NCBI GenBank assembly: GCA_018647505.1
Contig: JABGSX010000041.1
Span: forward strand, 1-62,226
Length of the DNA stretch: 62,226 bases
Source of the DNA: a bacterium
Lineage (GTDB): Bacteria; Babelota; Babeliae; Babelales; JABGSX01
Reading direction: 5' to 3'
The notes below the pieces were generated by a model. That model made no database searches. It was not told the DNA's origin and was given only the letters and a program-made list of their open reading frames with translations. A program made the position numbers and the translations under genes. Below, one piece after another: positions 37,584 to 47,012 of the stretch (the first letter of the stretch is position 1; each line of letters begins with the position of its first letter).

Positions 37584-39143
37584 ATGAAATTTAAAGATCT
37601 TTTAGTTCCTTTATCTCTGGCTTTGTTAACTACATTTATTATTCATCATTTTGTTCTTAAAAAAGTTGTTCCTGACAATAGTGGAGAAAGAACCGTTGTC
37701 AGCTCAGGTAAGCAAATTGTTCCTAAAAACTTAGAAGTTGTAAGACCTCTTAATTTTGAAATAGATTTTGTAGATGATAAGAAAAAAGGTGAAAAACCAA
37801 GCCTGACAGAGATTGAAACGCCTTTTGGTAAATACGTTTTTTCTTCTTTTGGTGCATCGTTAGAAAGAGTTGAGTTTAAGCACGATGTTAATAAAAAAAG
37901 AGAATCGCTTGGGACTATTTTCCCTATGGCGGAAGAGGACCGAGAGCGAAGATGTTTTCTTGTTGCTCTTCCTGAAAAAACTCCATATTACTACAAGCTA
38001 ATTGGTTTTGAGAATAAAGATGATGCAGCGGTAGTTACATATCAAGCTGATTCAGAAGTTGCTTCAATCAAGAAAACTTTTGTAGTGCAAAAAAGTGACT
38101 ATCAAATTCATTTAGACCTTGAGGTAATACCAAAGAGCGCAGAAGATAAAAATCTTGATGTAAGAGTGTTGTTTCCATCCCCTATTTTTCCGTCAATAGA
38201 AGCTAACGATGAATTTAGTGTATTTGTTGGCACTGGAATAGATTCTATTGAAAATAAAAAGTTTAGCGATGAAAACTGGCTGCAAACTTGTTGGGACAAG
38301 CCAAGTCTTTTTGGTATGGAAGATCGTTACTTTGTTCATGCATTTGTAGGTGGTCAAAAGTCATTTGCAAGTCGTGCATATGTTAATGCATTAAGTCCTA
38401 CAAGGTTTATTTCAATCTTAGAAGGAAGTGTTAATAAAGAAAAAACATCAAACCGTTTGTCTTTCTATTTTGGCCTTAAAGATGGTTCAGCAATGGCTGC
38501 GGTTTCTCCTGCATTAGAAAAAACATTAAATTATGGATGGCTATATTGGCCTGCAAAAGGAATTTTGTGGGTTTTAAAGGAAATAAACAAATACACAAAT
38601 AGTTTTGGTTGGGCAATAATTTTGTTTTGTTTATTTTTACAAATTCTTTTGTGGCCTTTTAATCCGTATGATGAAAAAAAGACAAAAAAACGTAATGAAA
38701 TGCAACAGAAGCTTGCTTATGTAAAGAAAGCGTACAAAAATGATCCTAAACTGCAAGCACAGAAACAAAAAGAAGTTATACAAAAATATGGTATGGGGGG
38801 AATGACTGGCGGTTGTTTGATTTTATTTTTACAGGTTCCGTTGTTTATTGGACTTAGGTATGTGCTAAATGGTGCAATTGAAATGTACCACGCTCCATTT
38901 TTGTGGATTAACGATTTAGCATCAGCCGATCCGTATTATATTTTGCCGATATTAACAGCAATAGGAATGCTTCTTAGTACCTTATCAACAGTGGATTCGA
39001 AACAGCGTTTTATGGGTATTGCGTTTTCGTTGTTTGGTGTTGCAATTTTTGCAAGCTTTTCAGCCGGGTTAAATTTGTTTATTTTCGTAAGTACTTTTTT
39101 CAGGTTTGCTCAGACAAAAGTACAAAAATTGATATCTAAGTAG
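37584..39143 (+). CDS. yidC: membrane protein insertase YidC
   Basis: 519 aa with an N-terminal anchor, a large periplasmic domain, and the conserved core (GWAIILFCLFLQILLWPF, …QKEVIQKYGM…). Confidence 0.92.
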   Translation: MKFKDLLVPLSLALLTTFIIHHFVLKKVVPDNSGERTVVSSGKQIVPKNLEVVRPLNFEIDFVDDKKKGEKPSLTEIETPFGKYVFSSFGASLERVEFKHDVNKKRESLGTIFPMAEEDRERRCFLVALPEKTPYYYKLIGFENKDDAAVVTYQADSEVASIKKTFVVQKSDYQIHLDLEVIPKSAEDKNLDVRVLFPSPIFPSIEANDEFSVFVGTGIDSIENKKFSDENWLQTCWDKPSLFGMEDRYFVHAFVGGQKSFASRAYVNALSPTRFISILEGSVNKEKTSNRLSFYFGLKDGSAMAAVSPALEKTLNYGWLYWPAKGILWVLKEINKYTNSFGWAIILFCLFLQILLWPFNPYDEKKTKKRNEMQQKLAYVKKAYKNDPKLQAQKQKEVIQKYGMGGMTGGCLILFLQVPLFIGLRYVLNGAIEMYHAPFLWINDLASADPYYILPILTAIGMLLSTLSTVDSKQRFMGIAFSLFGVAIFASFSAGLNLFIFVSTFFRFAQTKVQKLISK

Positions 39144-39145
39144 TC

Positions 39146-39739
39146 ATGAATGATTTATCTTCTATAAAATTGTTATTAAAACATTTGCAACGCGTGCCTT
39201 ATCTCGCTTCAAGAGATTTGTACCGCGTTGCGGACTATTTTCTTAACATGTCACAAGAACAATCTGAGCTTTTTTGCCAGACAATTTTAACAACCAAGGA
39301 AAATATAAAACCGTGTGAAGTTTGTTTTGCTTGGAAGGAAAAATTAGATCCGTGTATTTTTTGTCAGTCTCCGTCCCGTGATTCCAAAATTATATGTGTT
39401 GTTGAAACATGGCAGGAGTTACTTGCAATTGAAAAGACTAGCGGATATAAGGGTGTTTACCATGTGCTTAAAGGGGTTATTTGTCCTCTTGATGGTATTG
39501 GCCCTGAAGATTTGACTGTTGAGCAGCTTGTAGTGCGAGCCAATGATGCTAAAGAAATTATTTTGGCTACAAACCAGACTCCAGAGGGAGAGGCAACGGC
39601 TGCATATATTGCAAAAAAACTAAGCGATTCTTCTGTAAAAATAACATGTTTGGCTCGTGGTGTTCCAATTGGATCTTCGTTGGACACAATGGATAGGTTG
39701 ACAGTTTTTAAGGCGTTGTCTGAAAGACGTCTTTTTTAA
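39146..39739 (+). CDS. recR: recombination protein RecR
   Basis: 197 aa with the C4 zinc finger CEVCFAWKEKLDPCIFC and a Toprim domain (ICVVETWQELLAIEKT, ATNQTPEGEATAAYI). Confidence 0.95.
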   Translation: MNDLSSIKLLLKHLQRVPYLASRDLYRVADYFLNMSQEQSELFCQTILTTKENIKPCEVCFAWKEKLDPCIFCQSPSRDSKIICVVETWQELLAIEKTSGYKGVYHVLKGVICPLDGIGPEDLTVEQLVVRANDAKEIILATNQTPEGEATAAYIAKKLSDSSVKITCLARGVPIGSSLDTMDRLTVFKALSERRLF

Positions 39740-39755
39740 ATTAGAAAGATTTATT

Positions 39756-41078
39756 ATGTTAGAAAAATCCTTTGACTTGTATCGTGGGCGTAGAAATAGG
39801 TTTGTTGAGCTGGTAAAACAGGAGTTTTCTACACATAATAGTGGAACAATTTTATTGTTTGGTTCATGTGAACAAGAGCGGGTTCCTTTTCGACAAGAAG
39901 GATCGTTTTATTATCTTACTGGTTTGCTTGAGCCAGGACTGATTTTGGCCATAGATTTTAGCGGTGCTAGTACATTATTTATTCCCAAATATAAAGAAGA
40001 CCGCTCAAAGTGGATGGACCCGGATGCGTTGGAGCCATCAGGGGAGAGCGCTGATAAAATTGGGGTAGATGAGACTGTTTATTTGGGCCATGACAGACAT
40101 GGTTATTCAGCATCGTATTTTTTTGAAAAAGAGAATTATGAAAATTTAATTTCATTTTTAAAAACACGAGTATCTAAAAAGGAGCCAATTTTTACGTTGT
40201 TTCCTTCTTGGACTTATAGCATTGCCGGCCAAAGACTTTTGCTTGAAGCTATAAATAAGTTTGTTCCAGGATTTTTACCTTGTTGTAAAAATGTTTTGCC
40301 TATTGTTTCATCAATGAGAAGAGTAAAAGATAAGATTGAGATGGAACACATGTATGAGGCTATGATGATTACGGGCCTTGCTCATGAGGCTGCAGCTTCT
40401 ATGGTAAAGGCTGGCAACACCGAACAAAAAATTAGAGCCGGTATAGAATTTGTGTTTGCAGAATCAGGGGCTCGTCCAGCATTTGAAAGTATTGTTGCTA
40501 GCGGAAAAAATGCTACGGTATTGCATAGTGCATCGTCGTTAAAAGAATTACAAAAAAAAGAGTTGGTTGTTGTTGATATTGGCGCAGAAAAGAATTTTTA
40601 TTGTGCTGATATTACAAGGACTTACCCTGTTTCCGGAAAATTTTTAAAACGCCAAAAAGATTTATATACAGCTGTTTTAGATACACAAGAGTATGTTGCT
40701 GAAATTGCCAAGCCTGGAATGTGGTTAATAAATAAAGATAACCCAAAGCAGTCTCTTCACAATCTAGCAGTAGAGTTTTTAGAGGCGCGAGGTTTAGCCA
40801 AGTACTTTATTCATGGTATTGGTCATTTTTTGGGGCTTGATCCTCATGATGTTGGTGACTACAAGGAACCTTTGAAAGAGGGTGACGTTATTACAATTGA
40901 GCCTGGAGTCTACATTCCAAAGGAAGAGCTTGGAATTCGAATTGAGGATAACTACTGGATTACAAGCGACAGTGCCATTTGTGTAAGCCAAGACATCCCA
41001 AAATCTATTGGTGATATTGAGGAGATTGTCGGTAAAGACTTAGTTTTTGTTGAAGATGATGAAGACGAGATTTTCTAG
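39756..41078 (+). CDS. pepP: Xaa-Pro aminopeptidase (M24B family)
   Basis: 440 aa with M24 metal-ligand blocks VVDIGAEKNFYCADITRT, HGIGHFLGLDPHD, IEPGVY and IRIEDN. Confidence 0.85.
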   Translation: MLEKSFDLYRGRRNRFVELVKQEFSTHNSGTILLFGSCEQERVPFRQEGSFYYLTGLLEPGLILAIDFSGASTLFIPKYKEDRSKWMDPDALEPSGESADKIGVDETVYLGHDRHGYSASYFFEKENYENLISFLKTRVSKKEPIFTLFPSWTYSIAGQRLLLEAINKFVPGFLPCCKNVLPIVSSMRRVKDKIEMEHMYEAMMITGLAHEAAASMVKAGNTEQKIRAGIEFVFAESGARPAFESIVASGKNATVLHSASSLKELQKKELVVVDIGAEKNFYCADITRTYPVSGKFLKRQKDLYTAVLDTQEYVAEIAKPGMWLINKDNPKQSLHNLAVEFLEARGLAKYFIHGIGHFLGLDPHDVGDYKEPLKEGDVITIEPGVYIPKEELGIRIEDNYWITSDSAICVSQDIPKSIGDIEEIVGKDLVFVEDDEDEIF

Positions 41079-41090
41079 AGGAGTTCGTAT

Positions 41091-41486
41091 ATGAAAAATG
41101 ATGTTACTATTTTTGACGGTAAAATTATTATTTCATCGTTATTAAAAGCGCAAGAAGCATTAAAAAAGGGTGTTGGTATTGCAAAAAGTAAACTGGAAAA
41201 AGATGGAGCAATACAGCGGTTTGAATTTACGTATGAACTTCTATGGAAGACACTAAAAAAAATACTTGCTTTTAAGGGGGTTGTCTCTAATAGTCCTAGA
41301 GAAGTTTTTCGGGCTGCAGCGAAGAATGGACTTTTGGAAGATCCAAAATTTTGGTTTGAAGTTATAAAAAAGAGAAACATTTCAACGCATATTTATAACG
41401 AGGAAATGGCCGAGGAGGTATTCGATTTTTTGCAGTTATTCGAAAAAGAACTGGAAAAGGTTATTGATAAAATAAGGCAATTATGA
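41091..41486 (+). CDS. HEPN-domain nucleotidyltransferase substrate-binding protein (HI0074 family)
   Basis: 131 aa with the family block GAIQRFEFTYELLWKTLKKIL and the Rx4H motif RNISTH. Confidence 0.85.
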   Translation: MKNDVTIFDGKIIISSLLKAQEALKKGVGIAKSKLEKDGAIQRFEFTYELLWKTLKKILAFKGVVSNSPREVFRAAAKNGLLEDPKFWFEVIKKRNISTHIYNEEMAEEVFDFLQLFEKELEKVIDKIRQL

Positions 41487-41785
41487 GTAGTCATGGAATT
41501 TCTTCCGAAGACATGAAAATTTTGAAAAATATACTAGACAGTTACAATTGTGTTTATGTTTTTGGGTCTAGAGTAAAAGGAAGCTATAAAAAATTTTCTG
41601 ATTTGGATATTTGTTTAAAAAAAAATATTTCTGACTATGAATATGAGTTGTTGGCCGAAAAGTTTGAAAACAGCGACCTTCCGTTTACAGTTGACGTTGT
41701 TGAGTATTGCAAGGTCAGTGATTCATTTAAAAAGGTAATAGATAAAGAGGCGATAAGCTTTGATGCTTTTACCAAATTAAGCTAG
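41483..41785 (+). CDS. minimal nucleotidyltransferase (MNT, HI0073-like)
   Basis: 100 aa with the GSx(n)SDxD motif VFGSRVKGSYKKFSDLDICL. The start overlaps the HEPN gene stop by 4 nt. Confidence 0.85.
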   Translation: MSSHGISSEDMKILKNILDSYNCVYVFGSRVKGSYKKFSDLDICLKKNISDYEYELLAEKFENSDLPFTVDVVEYCKVSDSFKKVIDKEAISFDAFTKLS

Positions 41786-42430
41786 ACCGTCCCATTCTTT
41801 TAAAAATTCGTTCAAAAATAGAACCATAAAGTTATGTCGGTCTTTTGCGAATTTTTTACCTGTCTCAGTGTTCATTCTGTCTTTAAGCAATAGAAGCTTT
41901 TCATAAAAATGGTTTACAACAGTTCCCTTTGATTTTTTATATTCCTGAAAAGAATTGTGTATTTCTGGTTTAATATTTGGATTGTACATTTCCCTGTCTT
42001 TTGCGCCGCCAAAAGCAAATGTTCTGCCAATACCAATTGCGCCAATTGCATCAAGTCTGTCTGCATCTTGCACAATTTTTCCTTCAATTGTTTTCATTGG
42101 TGATGTTGTTCCTGCCCCTTTAAATGATGTAGAAAGGACAATATCTTTTACATGAGCTGCAATTTCTTCTGTAAGTCCTTGTTTTTTGACCCAGTCATAT
42201 GCAACTTGTGATCCAATTGTTTCGTCTTGGTTCTTTGCAAATTTCCAATCGACAATGTCGTGCAAAAGGGCCGCAAGTTGTATTACTAGGATATCTCCAC
42301 CTTCTTTTTCTGCTAAAGTTAAGGATAATTTAAATACACGATAACAGTGCCACCAGTCGTGACCGGAGCCCTCGCCTTCCAGCTTTGATTTAACAAATTC
42401 TTTTGTTTTTTCAATTATATCGTTGTGCAT
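41777..42430 (-). CDS. HD-domain phosphohydrolase
   Basis: 217 aa with GHDWWHCYRVF … LLHDIVDWK … DADRLDAIGAIG. Confidence 0.85.
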   Translation of the reverse strand: MHNDIIEKTKEFVKSKLEGEGSGHDWWHCYRVFKLSLTLAEKEGGDILVIQLAALLHDIVDWKFAKNQDETIGSQVAYDWVKKQGLTEEIAAHVKDIVLSTSFKGAGTTSPMKTIEGKIVQDADRLDAIGAIGIGRTFAFGGAKDREMYNPNIKPEIHNSFQEYKKSKGTVVNHFYEKLLLLKDRMNTETGKKFAKDRHNFMVLFLNEFLKEWDGLA

Positions 42431-42579
42431 CTTTTTATCCTTAATTTAGGCGTAGTTTTTTTCAGTTTTGTGACTGAGATAGAATATCAACATATCAATA
42501 TTTGTGTAGTTCTTCATCTGTTTTTGATGTATTATTTTTTGTAGAAGCTTTGTAAAAAATAACAAACGAAAGGGCTTTT

Positions 42580-43302
42580 ATGAAAAGTATAGATGCTTAC
42601 GATTTAAAAGGTCGTGTAGCCAAATACGATAAAGAGATGGACATTATGCATCCAAATCGCCCAAAGATGGTTAATATTGGTCTTGAGTTTTTACCATTCA
42701 ACCAAGATCAACAAATAAAAGTTCTTGATCTTGGGGTTGGCACCGGATTTTTTACTCAAAAGCTTTTACAAAAATTTACAAATGCTCAAGTTGTTGCTCT
42801 TGATGGTGCACAATTAATGATAGACTTGGCAAAAGCTAGGCTTGAAGATTTTGAAAAAAGTATAAAATATGTAGTTGGTGATTTTAGGGATATAGACAAT
42901 ACTTTTGACAATAAAAAAGAAATTTTTGATGTTGTAATTTCTTCTTTTGCTTTTCACCACTTATCGTTTGAAGAAAAAAAACAAACATTTAAGAAAGTTC
43001 ATGATTTATTAAAGAATGGTGGTTGGATGATAAATGCGGATTGTATAGTTGATAAAAATCCGCTTATAGAGCAAAGGTTTCAAGAAAAAAGGGTAGAAGG
43101 AATTGTTGTTAGAGCTAAAGGTCAAAGGCCTTTTGATAGTTCTGATTCAACAAGGAAATATCTTGATCGCCTTGAGGCTGAAGAAAAGGACAACCCTCTA
43201 ACGATTGAACAAGAATTACAAGCTTTTGAGTTTGGAGGATTTAAGAATATTTCTATTTTGTGGAAAGAATATAGGGAAGCTGTTTGTTGTGGGCAGAAGT
43301 AG
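42580..43302 (+). CDS. class I SAM-dependent methyltransferase
   Basis: 240 aa with motif I VLDLGVGTGFF and post-I VVALDGAQLM. It has no DNA-methyltransferase motifs. Confidence 0.8.
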   Translation: MKSIDAYDLKGRVAKYDKEMDIMHPNRPKMVNIGLEFLPFNQDQQIKVLDLGVGTGFFTQKLLQKFTNAQVVALDGAQLMIDLAKARLEDFEKSIKYVVGDFRDIDNTFDNKKEIFDVVISSFAFHHLSFEEKKQTFKKVHDLLKNGGWMINADCIVDKNPLIEQRFQEKRVEGIVVRAKGQRPFDSSDSTRKYLDRLEAEEKDNPLTIEQELQAFEFGGFKNISILWKEYREAVCCGQK

Positions 43303-43373
43303 AAGTTGTTTAAGATTTATTTTTTCTTATTATACAGACTTTATAGGTTGATAGCTTGAACAAAGAGGTTAAG

Positions 43374-44156
43374 GTGAAAAAATATTTTGATGTGTTGCAA
43401 AGTCCATATACAGGAAAATCTTTATTTTTTGTTGTTAAGGATGGAATAGAGGGCTTTGAAGATAAAGATGGAAGCTTTTTTCCAATAGAAAATGGTTATA
43501 TAAATTTTCTAAAAGGAAGAACAATAACTGATTTAAACAAAAAATATCAGGGTTTTTACGACAAGGTTGGTAAAATTGCGGGAATTTTTGAAAAGATAAG
43601 CTCACTTTTTTATGATTTTAAAAAAATACGAGGTGAGCAACTTGAGAATGTTTGCGTAAAATCTGGAGATAAGGTTCTTGAAGTTTCTATTGGAACAGGG
43701 TGGAATATATCTCTTTTTACAAAAAAAGCACACTATTTTGGTATTGATATCTCAAGTGGCATGTTAAAACGGTGTGTAAAAAACAAAAAACGTTTTGGTC
43801 TAAATTTAGATTTATTTTTAGGTGAGGCTGAATTTCTGCCGTTTAAAAATGAATCTTTTGATGTTGTATTTCATGTTGGTGGTATAAATTTTTTTAATGA
43901 TAGAGCCAAGGCAATTGAGGAAATGATTCGAGTTGCTAAATCTGGGACAAAAATTGTAATTATTGATGAAACAGAAAAGTTTGTTGAAGGGTGGTACCAA
44001 AAGCTTCCATTTATTAAAAAGTATTTTAAGAGTGAAGATATCGATAAGTCTAGAACAAAACCTCCTGTGGAATTTGTGCCAAAAAACACAAAGGATGTCA
44101 AAGTTGAAATAATAGATGATGGGCAGATGTATCGGCTAAGTTTTATTAAGGCGTAA
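43374..44156 (+). CDS. class I SAM-dependent methyltransferase with Trm112-like N-terminal segment (Cys-less)
   Basis: Motif I is VLEVSIGTGWN. The N-terminus (LQSPYTGKSL…FFPIENGYINFL) resembles a Trm112-type lid. GTG 43374 is preferred (AAAGAGG at 43362-43368) over the track TTG 43356. Confidence 0.78.
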   Translation: MKKYFDVLQSPYTGKSLFFVVKDGIEGFEDKDGSFFPIENGYINFLKGRTITDLNKKYQGFYDKVGKIAGIFEKISSLFYDFKKIRGEQLENVCVKSGDKVLEVSIGTGWNISLFTKKAHYFGIDISSGMLKRCVKNKKRFGLNLDLFLGEAEFLPFKNESFDVVFHVGGINFFNDRAKAIEEMIRVAKSGTKIVIIDETEKFVEGWYQKLPFIKKYFKSEDIDKSRTKPPVEFVPKNTKDVKVEIIDDGQMYRLSFIKA

Positions 44157-44333
44157 GGAATTTTTGCGTATAAACTAATTTGTTTTTAAGGAATCATCGA
44201 AGTTGGTTGCAAAGAATTTTGAATTGCCAAAACTCTCTTTCGGACGGCTTATGCGGTTTAATGAGCCAGTCCATATGCCACACTTTGAAGAGTCTGAAAA
44301 GTTTCAGAAGATTATTCTTTCATTGATTAATAA

Positions 44334-45185
44334 TTAATCTGCAACTTTGAGCGCAATCTCTAACATTTTATCTAGAGTTTCAAGCTTTTTATATTTATAG
44401 TCTTTGGATTTTTCCCATGTTAGATTTGCATAAGAGTCTGTAATCGTTAGCATCACTGCTATATCTATCCCTCGGAATTTAGCCACACTTAACAGCGATG
44501 CAGCTTCGGCCTCTATGCACATTACCCCTTCTTTTTGGTAATGGGAAACTTCTTCCTTTGTGGCTCTAAAAAATGCATCTGTTGTCCAGCTTATTCCTGA
44601 TTTATACGGTATTTCCAACTGATCAAGTTTTTTGATGATTTTATTTTTTAGTTTATTTGATGGGTAGGCATATTTTGAGTATGGAAGGTAATGATGTGAC
44701 GTCCCTTCATCTCTAATGGATTTTTCGCAAATCAAAATATCATCTTGTGTGATGTTTTTTTGCAGGGAGCATGATGTTCCAATTGTTATTACTTGTTTAA
44801 CTCCCCATACGATTGCAAGTTCCATCATCATGGTGTTTTTTGGACCAAATATTCCAAAATTACCGATAGCAACAGATGGGAACTCTGTTAAAAAATAAAC
44901 ATCAGAAAAACTACCATTGCATTGTTTATGTTTATACTTTTGTAATGTTTGCTTCATAAAGTGTTTGTCGTAACAAATAATGAGAGTTTTTGGTGCATTA
45001 ACAATAGGGTGACGACCTAGGTGTTTTTTTCTGTCCAAAAATTTATTTGGAGTTAATATTGATTTGTATTTGTACTTTTCTTGGTAGTTTGGGAAAGGGT
45101 GGCATGTTTTTTCAAAAAAATGATATCCAGTTGCTGTTGATAATGCACCAATGATGAAAGATAAAAAAATATAAAAACTTTTCAT
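44334..45185 (-). CDS. nucleoside phosphorylase family (PNP/UDP_1, Udp-like) protein with N-terminal signal or anchor
   Basis: 283 aa. The hydrophobic N-terminus is MKSFYIFLSFIIGALSTATG. Phosphorylase blocks are IGTSCSL, RDEGTSHHY and MCIEAEAASL. Confidence 0.68.
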   Translation of the reverse strand: MKSFYIFLSFIIGALSTATGYHFFEKTCHPFPNYQEKYKYKSILTPNKFLDRKKHLGRHPIVNAPKTLIICYDKHFMKQTLQKYKHKQCNGSFSDVYFLTEFPSVAIGNFGIFGPKNTMMMELAIVWGVKQVITIGTSCSLQKNITQDDILICEKSIRDEGTSHHYLPYSKYAYPSNKLKNKIIKKLDQLEIPYKSGISWTTDAFFRATKEEVSHYQKEGVMCIEAEAASLLSVAKFRGIDIAVMLTITDSYANLTWEKSKDYKYKKLETLDKMLEIALKVAD

Positions 45186-45199
45186 GTTGATTCCTTAAT

Positions 45200-45964
45200 C
45201 TATTTTTCGGCATATATGTCTAAGGTGTGTGATTCAATATATAGTTTACCGTTTTTACTTGAGTTTGCTACAGCCTCTACCACGTCATTTGTAAATTCTA
45301 TTGCCATTTTTTCTTCAAGGCCAGTTGAGTGAGGAATCCAGGCGTATGCCCAGTTAAAAAGTTCTTCTTTATTCGCAAATTTTTTTGGCATTACGACAAG
45401 ATTAACTTTTATATTTCTAAATCCACATTCATTAAGCATTGCTGAGAATTCGTTTGCGTATTTGTGGAAGAATTTGTTTTCTTTATCTTTTAAAATATTT
45501 TTCCATTTTTTTTGTTCATAAACCTCCCTGATTGGACTTTTATGTTTGGCGACCATTTGTATAATTAACTTTCCACCATTATTTAAAAAGTTGTATATAT
45601 TTTTTAGAGTACTAACTTGGTCTTTTATCCAGTGAAAAGCTGAAAAGCTTACGGCAAGGTCAAACTTTTTTTCTGTTGAAAATTTTGCGGCATCTGTAAG
45701 TTGAAACTCAAGATTTTTGATGCTTGCAAAACTTTTAATGGCTTCTTCGATCATATTTTTTGATACATCAACTCCAAGTACATATCCGTTTGGAACTTGT
45801 TTTGCAATTTCTGCTGTTATTCTTCCATCGCCGCATCCAATATCAAGAACGGATTCATTACCACTTAGTTCTATTTTTTCTATTGTGCTTATTCCTTTTT
45901 GGTATTGTCCTTGTGAGTTGTTTTTGTAGTACTTTGCGTTCCAAAAATCTTTTTTATTGTCCAT
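45200..45964 (-). CDS. class I SAM-dependent methyltransferase (Tam-like)
   Basis: Motif I is VLDIGCGDGRIT. ATG 45964 (MDNKKDFWNAKYY) is preceded by AGGAAAAACT. It is divergent from the AraC-GyrI gene. Confidence 0.8.
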   Translation of the reverse strand: MDNKKDFWNAKYYKNNSQGQYQKGISTIEKIELSGNESVLDIGCGDGRITAEIAKQVPNGYVLGVDVSKNMIEEAIKSFASIKNLEFQLTDAAKFSTEKKFDLAVSFSAFHWIKDQVSTLKNIYNFLNNGGKLIIQMVAKHKSPIREVYEQKKWKNILKDKENKFFHKYANEFSAMLNECGFRNIKVNLVVMPKKFANKEELFNWAYAWIPHSTGLEEKMAIEFTNDVVEAVANSSKNGKLYIESHTLDIYAEK

Positions 45965-46120
45965 AGTTTTTCCTAAGGTTTTGGTTGTTATATCTTTTAT
46001 TAAAACGTTCATTTTTGCACCTGTCAATTACATAATTTTTTGTTTTTATAAAAGCAATATTTGGATAGTTTTTATATGTTTTCTGTGTCACAATAATAAA
46101 AAACATTAGGAATTTAAATA

Positions 46121-46972
46121 ATGGATAGAAAAGAATATCAAGATAGAATTGATCGGGTGTTTGAGTATGTTCGAGGGAATCTCGATGAAACAATATTGTT
46201 AGATGATATTGCTAAGGTTGCATGTTTTTCTCGGTACCATATACACAGGATTTTTTATGCTTATACGGGAGAGACCTTGGGAAATTATGTTCGAAGGTTA
46301 AGGCTTTTAAGGTCTGCAAAAAACTTGGATTGTTCTCCAGGGTTAAGTATCTCTAGAGTGGCTCTCGATTCGGGTTACGACACCCCAGCTTCATTTGCAC
46401 GATCATTTCGTAAGCATTTTGGTTGTTCCCCAAAAGAATTTAGAAAAGATAAAAGTTTTATAGTTAATAACACATATTACGATAGAAAAAAAAATGTTGT
46501 TATTGTACCAAAAGAAGTAAAACTAAAAGAAATGAGATTGTTGTGTTGTCGTGAAACTGGACCATATATGGAGTCGGCAAAAAGAGCATGGGACAAAATT
46601 TTTAGCTATGCTTACCCAAATAAACTTATAACGCGACATGCAAAAATGTTTGGTATTGGATATGATGATCCAATTGTAACTGCGCCAGAGAATATTAGAT
46701 ATGATGCTTGCATAACAGTAGAAAAAAACTTTGTTAACAAAGGACTATTTTGTATAAAGAATATTCCAGCGGGTCGATATCTTGCTTGTTTGCACAGGGG
46801 TCCGTACTCAAAGTTGAATGACACATGGAATGCAATGTACAAATGGGTAAATGACAATGTTAAAATGCTGGCGGATTTCGCATCTTTTGAAAGATATGTG
46901 AATGACCCAAATTCTACTAATGAGGATGATTTAATTACTTACATTTATCTTCCCTTAGAAATAATTAAATAA
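46121..46972 (+). CDS. AraC-family transcriptional regulator with C-terminal GyrI-like effector-binding domain
   Basis: 283 aa. It has an AraC double HTH (…FSRYHIHRIFYAYTGETLGNYVRRLRL…, …DTPASFARSFRKHFGCSPKEFR) and a GyrI-like domain (…GIGYDDP…IRYDACI…FERYVNDP…YIYLPL). Confidence 0.88.
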   Translation: MDRKEYQDRIDRVFEYVRGNLDETILLDDIAKVACFSRYHIHRIFYAYTGETLGNYVRRLRLLRSAKNLDCSPGLSISRVALDSGYDTPASFARSFRKHFGCSPKEFRKDKSFIVNNTYYDRKKNVVIVPKEVKLKEMRLLCCRETGPYMESAKRAWDKIFSYAYPNKLITRHAKMFGIGYDDPIVTAPENIRYDACITVEKNFVNKGLFCIKNIPAGRYLACLHRGPYSKLNDTWNAMYKWVNDNVKMLADFASFERYVNDPNSTNEDDLITYIYLPLEIIK

Positions 46973-47012
46973 AATCTTTTAATAATCAAACTAACTGAAA
47001 GGTGTAATTACC

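Noticed and set aside
44179-44337. An open frame (…SSKLVAKNFELPKLSFGRLMRFNEPVHMPHFEESEKFQKIILSLINN-stop) in the gap after the second methyltransferase.
   Set aside because: The only internal Met codons lack an SD, and I recognise no family. It may be a gene remnant but is unsupported.
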